A stretch of 64,000 nt of DNA, from assembly GCA_964564025.1 (NCBI GenBank), contig CAZLZO010000002.1, forward strand, positions 15,936 to 79,935, written 5' to 3'. The DNA comes from an uncultured Desulfurococcales archaeon. Lineage in GTDB: Archaea > Thermoproteota > Thermoprotei_A > EX4484-217-1. Positions 1 through 6,441 of this stretch are shown here, piece by piece (within the stretch, counting starts at the first letter, position 1; every line of letters begins with the position of its first letter). The notes beneath the pieces were generated by a model, which was given only the letters and a program-made list of their open reading frames with translations, ran no database searches and had not been told where the DNA came from. The position numbers and the translations under genes were made by a program.

Positions 1-224
1 ACATATATCATATGAGTATTGATGAAAGAAGAAAGTTAGGGATAAAAGAGCTTCCACGTACTCTGTGGGAAGCATTAGATGAATTAGAAGCAGACATGGA
101 CTATTTGATACCCATATTTTCAAAGGAAGTACTTGAAGAATACATAGAGTTGAAACGTAAAGAAGCCAAATTTATAGAATCCTTCCCTACACCAGCCGAA
201 TACTACATGTACATGGATGTTTAA
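1..224 (+). CDS. glnA: Glutamine synthetase, C-terminal fragment (gene continues upstream of the window)
   Basis: The frame is open from the window edge. The C-terminal sequence ...YIELKRKEAKF...TPAEYYMYMDV matches the conserved GS type I C-terminus (..YIELKR.E...HPYEF.LYY.V). Confidence 0.7.
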   Translation, partial: IYHMSIDERRKLGIKELPRTLWEALDELEADMDYLIPIFSKEVLEEYIELKRKEAKFIESFPTPAEYYMYMDV

Positions 225-287
225 TCTTAAAACAAGCTTAAAACCTAAATATAGTCGTTTTTCTAGTATTGTTGAGGTGAACTAGGC

Positions 288-1019
288 ATTAGAGTCAATA
301 TTAGGCTTTTTGCCATATACAGAGATATTGTAGGCTCAGAGAGAATCACTGTAGATCTTCCGGGAAACTCTACGGTAAAGAATCTTTTAGAGTTTCTTAT
401 AAGAAAATACCCGGAAATAGCTAACTATATTGATGAAAGTGAACCTGAAGAACCAATAATAATTTTAGTTAATGGTGAACCCGCTAATCAAAATACTAAG
501 TTAAATGATGGTGATGAAGTTTTCCTGTTCCCACCAGCATCAGGTGGTTCGCCTGAAGGAGTGATTATTGAGGATGACATTGATATTGAGAAAGTAATTA
601 ATGAACTTAAAAAAACACCTGAATTTGAAAGAGCAGGCGCACTAGTGATTTTTATAGGTTTTGTTAAGGGGGACTTAGGTAATAATGTTAGGGTTCACGA
701 GTTAATATACGAAGCTTATAAACCCTATGCTGAAACTAAACTAAACCAATTAGCCAAGGAATACTCTAAAAAACCAAGTGTTATTGATGTGAAAATATAT
801 CATAAAATCTCGTCACTTAAACCTAAGGAAACTACAGTTTACATTTTCGTAGCTGCTGTAGACAGAAACACAGCCTTTAACGTTGCAAAGGAGGTTCTAG
901 AAAAAGTAAAGCATGAAACACCTATCTGGAAGCTTGAGAGAAGAAATGATGGTGAATACTGGGTTTTGGGTGATGGAAAAAGAGTTCCCAGACCTAAGTT
1001 AATTAGGGAATCTCAATAA
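288..1019 (+). CDS. MoaD-MoaE fusion protein (ThiS/MoaD-like ubiquitin-fold domain ending in GG, fused to the molybdopterin synthase catalytic subunit MoaE); the 5' boundary is uncertain because no canonical start codon is found
   Basis: The frame is open from the stop at 273-275. The translation ..RVNIRLFAIYRDIVGSERITVDLPGNSTVKNLLEFL...VFLFPPASGG is a MoaD/ThiS beta-grasp with a C-terminal Gly-Gly. It continues without a stop into a MoaE domain (..GALVIFIGFVKG...HKISSLKPKETTVYIFVAAVDRNTAFNVAKEVLEKVKHETPIWK). There is no ATG, GTG or TTG in frame before the GTG at 561. Confidence 0.65.
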   Translation: MRVNIRLFAIYRDIVGSERITVDLPGNSTVKNLLEFLIRKYPEIANYIDESEPEEPIIILVNGEPANQNTKLNDGDEVFLFPPASGGSPEGVIIEDDIDIEKVINELKKTPEFERAGALVIFIGFVKGDLGNNVRVHELIYEAYKPYAETKLNQLAKEYSKKPSVIDVKIYHKISSLKPKETTVYIFVAAVDRNTAFNVAKEVLEKVKHETPIWKLERRNDGEYWVLGDGKRVPRPKLIRESQ

Positions 1020-1428
1020 TTTCGACTTCACATAAATCATCGTCTTTAATAATGTAAGCCACAATTGCTTTATCATGCTTACTGATTATAACCCAAGGTA
1101 TCCCCCATAACCTCATGAATTTCAAGTCTCTACTAGATGGTTTTGTAGATGACATGTGCGAATGAAATAAACCGACAATATCCATAGATTTTTTCGCATG
1201 CTTCATTATCTCAAAATACATTTCTTTAGGATCCATAGTAAAACTTAATGGCGAATTGTTTAAGTTCTTTATAAATGAGCATTCTTTAACTATGAACTCC
1301 TTCCCCTTTCTTCTTTCACCAAATAAAATGCCGCAGATCTCTATGTTTTCACTTTCTACTTTACTAAGAATCTTACGTATTACTTCTTTCTTTACAAGTA
1401 ATAGTATTTCACATTTCTTCCTTCCCAT
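1003..1428 (-). CDS. JAMM/MPN+ (Mov34) family metalloprotease, a candidate Ubl/MoaD-processing isopeptidase
   Basis: The protein carries E..CGILFGE and a HSHMSSTKPSSRD motif, i.e. the JAMM pattern Ex(n)HxHx7Sx2D. It is 141 aa, typical of stand-alone archaeal JAMM proteases. It is convergent with the MoaD-MoaE gene and overlaps it by 17 nt. Confidence 0.7.
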   Translation of the reverse strand: MGRKKCEILLLVKKEVIRKILSKVESENIEICGILFGERRKGKEFIVKECSFIKNLNNSPLSFTMDPKEMYFEIMKHAKKSMDIVGLFHSHMSSTKPSSRDLKFMRLWGIPWVIISKHDKAIVAYIIKDDDLCEVEIIEIP

Positions 1429-1521
1429 AATACAGCCCTAAGTTATGTTGGCATCGTTAGAAAATATGTACAAAACTATTTAATAGAGTTATGAAAGAGA
1501 AGTTAAGGGTAACAATGTAAG

Positions 1522-2760
1522 GTGTTTGATATCTTGAGTGTAGTTAAGGAAAACGTTTATTTGAAATGTGTAAACTGTGGTGCAATTTACCCTCCAAACC
1601 CTAAAACATATAAGTGTGCAAAGTGCAATGGCTTACTTTCTGTAGAATATGATTTCTTAAAAACCGAAATTTCATGGGAGGATTTTAAAGGGAAAGGTGT
1701 ATGGCGCTATAAGCAACTTCTCCCTCTTTCAGAAACCTTACTTGATTACGTAATAACATTAGGTGAAGGCAGCACACCACTTATTAGCGTTGAAAATATT
1801 TTTGGTTCAAAAAGCTTCTACGTTAAGTTTGAAGGCGCAAACCCTACGGGGAGCTTTAAGGATAGAGGGATGACGGTTGCAGTTACACTAGCTAAACTTA
1901 TAGGTTCGACATCAGTTATTGTTGCTTCAACAGGAAACACTGCAGCATCTGTTTCAGCATATGCTTCACGAGCCAAAATGAAATCCATAATAGTTTTACC
2001 TAAGGGAAAAGTTGCTTTAGGTAAACTTGCTCAAGCAATACTTCATGGTGCAGAAATTTTTGAAATTGAAGGGAACTTTGATGATGCATTAGAGGTTGTA
2101 AAAAAAGTTGTTGAGAAAGAGCCGAAAATATATCCTTTAAACTCCTTTAATCCATGGAGACTTGAAGGACAAAAGACTATAGCATTTGAAATTGCCGAGG
2201 AAATTAACACGCCAGACTGGGTTATTGTACCTGTGGGTAATGCAGGAAATATTTCAGCAATATGGAAGGGCTTTAAAGAGCTTTACAGATTTAAACTCAT
2301 AAATAAGCTACCAAAAATGGTGGGCGTTCAATCAGAGGGGGCTTCACCATTAGCTAGAGCATTTGAACTTGGATTAAGCAAACCTATTTTCACTGATAAG
2401 CCTGAAACTATAGCAACTGCTATTAGGATAGGTAAACCTGTCAATTGGCCTAAAGCAATGGCTGCAGTTAAGGAATCTAAAGGCCTATTTGTTAAAGTTA
2501 GTGATAAAGAAATATTTGAAGCAATGGTGAAATTAGGTTCCCTTGAAGGTATTGACTCGGAACCTGCAGGAGCAGCTAGTGTTGCAGGTTGTTTAAAACT
2601 TTTAAAGCAAGGCATTATTAAAAGGAACGATAATGTTGTATGTGTAGTTACTGGTCACGCATTAAAAGACCCTGAAATCCTATTAAGAATTCAAGCGAAA
2701 AGAACAACCATGCTTAAGAACAAAGCTATAGAGATAATTTTGAAAACTACTTCCCATTAA
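1522..2760 (+). CDS. thrC: Threonine synthase
   Basis: N-terminal Cys4 zinc ribbon (CVNCG...CAKCNG) typical of archaeal ThrC, and the PLP-lysine motif TGSFKDRG. 412 aa with a GTG start. Confidence 0.85.
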   Translation: MFDILSVVKENVYLKCVNCGAIYPPNPKTYKCAKCNGLLSVEYDFLKTEISWEDFKGKGVWRYKQLLPLSETLLDYVITLGEGSTPLISVENIFGSKSFYVKFEGANPTGSFKDRGMTVAVTLAKLIGSTSVIVASTGNTAASVSAYASRAKMKSIIVLPKGKVALGKLAQAILHGAEIFEIEGNFDDALEVVKKVVEKEPKIYPLNSFNPWRLEGQKTIAFEIAEEINTPDWVIVPVGNAGNISAIWKGFKELYRFKLINKLPKMVGVQSEGASPLARAFELGLSKPIFTDKPETIATAIRIGKPVNWPKAMAAVKESKGLFVKVSDKEIFEAMVKLGSLEGIDSEPAGAASVAGCLKLLKQGIIKRNDNVVCVVTGHALKDPEILLRIQAKRTTMLKNKAIEIILKTTSH

Positions 2761-2790
2761 CTCAGATTCCACTTTAGTAGTCATGGAAGA

Positions 2791-2820
2791 ATTTTTTATT
2801 AAACTTGCCAAAAAGTTTAA
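2791..2820. terminator. Shared convergent terminator region (T-run on the + strand, A-run facing the - strand gene)
   Basis: An oligo-T run (tttttt, 2794-2799) lies directly after the thrC stop. An oligo-A run lies after the convergent 2824..3075 gene. Archaeal terminators are oligo-T tracts. Confidence 0.3.
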
Positions 2821-2823
2821 AAC

Positions 2824-3075
2824 TTATTTTAGAGCTAAAGCGGTCTCTAAACCTTTTTTCGTTAAGACATAAATGGGGATGTTAAGGGGATTTCTAGAGT
2901 AAGGGCAGATCTTTTTTAGAGAACAGGCTTCACATTTTTCTTTAAAACAATCAATTTTCATAAGATACCCTTTTACGATAAGGTTATTTACTACATCTTT
3001 TACTTCATTCCGAGTCATGTTTAAGTCTTTAGCTAGCTCCAGCATGGACCATGAGCCTTTAAATATTTTCAACAA
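2824..3075 (-). CDS. Small winged-helix protein with a C-terminal Cx4Cx2Cx5C cluster (FeoC-like putative Fe-S or metal-binding regulator)
   Basis: 83 aa. The HTH-like segment is MLELAKDLNMTRNEVKDVVNNLIVKGYL, followed by CFKEKCEACSLKKIC. Confidence 0.4.
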   Translation of the reverse strand: MLKIFKGSWSMLELAKDLNMTRNEVKDVVNNLIVKGYLMKIDCFKEKCEACSLKKICPYSRNPLNIPIYVLTKKGLETALALK

Positions 3076-3100
3076 TACCTTTTTTCAATAGAATTTAAAC

Positions 3101-3733
3101 TCATATGTGTCCCTGCAGATCATTTTTTATTTCTTTCACAACATCTGATATTTCACTTAGTTTTGGAAGATATTTTACGTTCTTAACTCTAAACGTTATC
3201 GTAACTAAGAGCCTATTCAAGTGTTCCCTTGTACTGACGCTATATTTTAACTTATGTGAAGGCTTTTTCGATGGTTTTCTTTTAACATATTTTTCTAAGA
3301 AGAATGTAAATCCCATGCTGGCTGAAGCTAAGTTTAGCTTAATCCACATATCACCTAATTTAAGCTGTGATTCTGGAAATTCCCGAAACATTATAAAAAT
3401 TGAGTTGTCATCTATGTCTAAATCTACTTCCTCAAGTACATACATTCCTTTTCCATTAACTTTTTCGAGAACGTCTTCTTCTAAAGCCCTAATGTTTAAT
3501 GAATCAAGCATTGTTCTATGAAGCTCTTCTCTAAGCCTCTTAAAATCTACGGTTTTTTCTTCAACTATTTTCCTAAGCACAGGTTCGGTTAATGAAAACA
3601 CCTCCTTAGCAACATCATTTACATTTGCATTAGTAATTTCGGCTAATTTCTCTAAAAGATTTATTATTTCCTCTGAAACTTCTAACATTATATACTTCTT
3701 CTTGCTTTTCAAGATGCACACATCCCTTTCCAC
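3101..3733 (-). CDS. Hypothetical protein
   Basis: 210-aa ORF with protein-like composition and no recognisable motif. Long ORF in the coding-dense minus-strand block. Confidence 0.4.
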   Translation of the reverse strand: MERDVCILKSKKKYIMLEVSEEIINLLEKLAEITNANVNDVAKEVFSLTEPVLRKIVEEKTVDFKRLREELHRTMLDSLNIRALEEDVLEKVNGKGMYVLEEVDLDIDDNSIFIMFREFPESQLKLGDMWIKLNLASASMGFTFFLEKYVKRKPSKKPSHKLKYSVSTREHLNRLLVTITFRVKNVKYLPKLSEISDVVKEIKNDLQGHI

Positions 3734-3800
3734 TATAGCTTAATACAGTATTTATAGTGGGTCAAGTTTAAAGGTTCTCTGTAAATTATTATACATTCAG

Positions 3801-3866
3801 AAGTGATGACTGTGGCGGGCTTGACCTAAGACTATTAGGGATGAAGACTTAGGAGCCCCCTGATCT
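3801..3866 (+). ncRNA. Candidate C/D box sRNA
   Basis: Intergenic. C box GTGATGA (3803-3809), C'-like ATGAAGA (3841-3847), 12-nt guide cttaggagcccc, D box CTGA (3860-3863). The D' box is degenerate. Weak terminal pairing AGA/TCT. Confidence 0.35.
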
Positions 3867-4186
3867 ATCTTTAAAATGTTATATACTGATGTTTGAAAGC
3901 ACTATTGAAATATTTTCATTCTATAATTACGAGTTACTTGCTATTCTCTTCAAGTTTAAAGAAAGAACTTACTCTAACCTCTGTAAAATTTTCTTACTCG
4001 TTATGGATTCTAGTGAATTAGCTAAGTTAAAAGTCCCCATGTAATGATAATTGTAGTCATGGCTAAGAAAATGTTGAGTTTTAATGGGAGCATCATGGTT
4101 CTAATTACAGCATCTTTACCTCCATTAGAGGCTTATATGAAATATAAGAGAAGAGCTATAAACTTGTAATGTAACTAAAAAGTTAT

Positions 4187-5020
4187 TTGAAGGAGAGTTT
4201 AATGAGCAGTAATATAGTAAATGATCTATTAGCTCTTATTTTAAAGTCCTTAACAAAGGGAGTAGCTCAGGAAAGCGTAGACGACTTTATTGCGAAAATA
4301 AATAGAATTATTGAAAACACGAACTACTCCTGGGTAAAGGTTTTTGCTGCGGAAACACTTGATGAAGTTTATGGTGGATTAAATGAATTATCAGCTAAGT
4401 ACTATTACCTTTTTTCACAAGATATCTTAAGGATAATGCAGGCATTGATCATAGCTTGGTTTGAAGATAAAAGAGGCTTCTTTAGAGAGAATATTAACCC
4501 TATAATTTTAGCTGAAGCTATTGAAAGATTTATGATTTCAATTAAAGGGCTTGAAAGCAGCGAAACATATACCGTACTAGGTAATGTGTTTAAAAAGATC
4601 ATTGAGAATTTAGATAAAAAGACATATGGCCGCGTTTGGCATGACTTATGGAGAAAAGCTGAAAAACATTATTTAAAAGCTTTAAGCATTAATAGGGGGA
4701 ATCATGAAGCCCTTGAGGGATTAGGTGATCTTTACTTTATGAAGGAAAATTATGAGAAAGCGCTAAATTATTACATGCAAGCTGCTATTTTATTCAAAGA
4801 GAACCCTAGAATATGGGCAAAAATAGGTTATATTTTCGATAAACAGGGAAGGGTGGATAAAGCATTAGAGGCTTATGAAGAATCGTTTAAGCTAGAAAAG
4901 AGAAGAGATGTTGCAAAAAGGCTCTATGAAATTTATTTATCCAAAGGTTTAAAAGAGAAAGCAAAGGACTTAGAGAAATACTTGAGTACTGAAAGTTCTT
5001 CTTCAAGTGTTAAAGCATGA
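4187..5020 (+). CDS. TPR-repeat protein
   Basis: The C-terminal half has tandem 34-residue repeats with the TPR signature (..ALEGLGDLYFMKENYEKALNYYMQAAILF...WAKIGYIFDKQGRVDKALEAYEESFKL). Confidence 0.55.
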   Translation: MKESLMSSNIVNDLLALILKSLTKGVAQESVDDFIAKINRIIENTNYSWVKVFAAETLDEVYGGLNELSAKYYYLFSQDILRIMQALIIAWFEDKRGFFRENINPIILAEAIERFMISIKGLESSETYTVLGNVFKKIIENLDKKTYGRVWHDLWRKAEKHYLKALSINRGNHEALEGLGDLYFMKENYEKALNYYMQAAILFKENPRIWAKIGYIFDKQGRVDKALEAYEESFKLEKRRDVAKRLYEIYLSKGLKEKAKDLEKYLSTESSSSSVKA

Positions 5021-5403
5021 GAAAAAAGAATATGAAAAATAGAGTTGAAGGAGGAGTAATTGCTTTCATAGGTTACATACTCTCTCCATTATCATGGTGG
5101 AATGATGTTTTCGTTAACATACCCATATCCTACATTTTATCAAGCCTAACTATTCTCCTTCTTCCAAGAGACTATTTTCCAATACTTTTCATAATTTATT
5201 ATAACTTTACTAATGTCCTAGGATTTATATTAATGCATTTAGGGACGGAAAGGGCTATTAAAGGAGGAGGTATTAATTTGTCTAAGAAAACAGTGGTGAA
5301 GTATGTTGTTGTGTCAGTATTTTATACAGCATTGGTCTACATACTTTCAATACTTGGTTTCTTGGAACCTATACAGGAAATAGTTTCTACGCTAAATTAT
5401 TAG
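5017..5403 (+). CDS. Small membrane protein (3-4 TM)
   Basis: ATGA start/stop overlap with the upstream TPR gene. Contains hydrophobic helices. Confidence 0.4.
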   Translation: MRKKNMKNRVEGGVIAFIGYILSPLSWWNDVFVNIPISYILSSLTILLLPRDYFPILFIIYYNFTNVLGFILMHLGTERAIKGGGINLSKKTVVKYVVVSVFYTALVYILSILGFLEPIQEIVSTLNY

Positions 5404-5743
5404 CTGTAAAATGCTTAACGAGAAGAGGGTAATATTTAATGAGTTTAAGAGCGGCCTCGCTATTTACCTTGTGTAGTTCATTGAGAATAAGCCAGGCTTC
5501 TCTAATTTTATTGTCAAAGAATTTTATTATGAAAATGTCAACATTACGCTTACTTACATCTAATAATTTCTTCATAGTTTCTTCATGAACGTCTTTTTCG
5601 TAAATCAGTAATGCCGTATTGGCGGAATACTCTGTTTCAGAACTTTTACCGATAATTCTTTCCACTTTATGGACAGCTTCCTCTAAGGTAATTTCTTCGA
5701 AATTTAGTGTTATTAGTGTTAGGTGAATAAATGTTCTTAACAT
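5387..5743 (-). CDS. Hypothetical protein
   Basis: 118-aa ORF, tightly packed with the downstream DUF457 gene (1-nt overlap). Confidence 0.35.
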   Translation of the reverse strand: MLRTFIHLTLITLNFEEITLEEAVHKVERIIGKSSETEYSANTALLIYEKDVHEETMKKLLDVSKRNVDIFIIKFFDNKIREAWLILNELHKVNSEAALKLIKYYPLLVKHFTANNLA

Positions 5744-6195
5744 TAAATGCCACCCTTAAATATTATGTAAATGTAAGTTAGAGAGAAAAAAACACCCATT
5801 AGTGAAACTACATAGTTAAGGTAAGGATTATCGTATCTTTCCTTGAGAAAACTTATTCTTCGCGTTGTAAAGGGCCATAAAAATGCGACACCAGTTTTAG
5901 TTAAAGTATCCAATAGGATATGTGTAAAAAACCCTATGGTGAAGCTTAAGATCGATACTTCAACGTATTCTCCAATATTAATAAAGAACTTTAATATGAA
6001 AAATAAAACAGCTGTTGCAATAGTTAATGCGAAAACATTATGTAGAAATACTCTATGTCTAAATCTTATATCCATATCGGGAAATACGCTACCTAATGCT
6101 GAGAAGAATATTGCAAAAACCATCTTTTCTATTGATGGTGTTAAGAGAAAAAGAGCCGAACCTATTCCGAAAATTACATGAGTAATTCTTTTCAA
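5743..6195 (-). CDS. Membrane-bound metal-dependent hydrolase (DUF457/YdjM-like)
   Basis: 150 aa with 4 TM helices and conserved His/Asp (FPDMD..H..H....H.LLD), as in the LexA-regulated inner-membrane hydrolase family. Confidence 0.5.
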   Translation of the reverse strand: MKRITHVIFGIGSALFLLTPSIEKMVFAIFFSALGSVFPDMDIRFRHRVFLHNVFALTIATAVLFFILKFFINIGEYVEVSILSFTIGFFTHILLDTLTKTGVAFLWPFTTRRISFLKERYDNPYLNYVVSLMGVFFSLTYIYIIFKGGI

Positions 6196-6441
6196 TATGC
6201 ATCATCTTAATCTTTATAGTCTTTTGTGTTAATGCCTCGGGACGCGGCCTCTTTTAATCACCAACTTTCATTTTTCATGCCAGGCATTCCTCATCGGCTA
6301 ATATTTTGCTTAGTTCTAGATGGAAAATAAAGGTTACCTATTAACAGTGAATTACCTTAATAGTGGAGTGAACAAGTAAAAATATTTTAGGAAACTAGAC
6401 TATGTCATCTTAAGAGGAAAGTTTAGTTAGGCTGTTTATTT

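Noticed and set aside
2328-2615. Antisense or embedded ORFs in the track (e.g. 2328..2615-, 3105..3521+, 4405..4602-, 5843..6181+, 7122..7460-, 8499..8759-, 9928..10122-, 12566..12850+, 15457..15681+, 16617..16877+, 17181..17594+, 19257..19478-, 22074..22640+, 28651..29112-, 29719..29977-, 36278..36523-, 37012..37392-, 48391..48768-, 49476..49697+, 53695..53973-, 55831..56103-, 58753..59175+, 59520..59958, 61104..61307+, 62795..63103-, 63304..63702-)
   Set aside because: Each lies wholly inside a longer ORF on the opposite strand or in another frame that has clear family-level motifs. Their Ser/Leu/Phe-rich low-complexity translations are typical of antisense reading of AT-rich genes.
6230-6300. 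GC-rich patch (gcctcgggacgcggcctc followed by ttttaat) upstream of the radical SAM gene
   Set aside because: GCCTC occurs as a direct rather than inverted repeat, so there is no convincing hairpin. It lies in the promoter/leader of divergent genes and has no RNA-gene signature.
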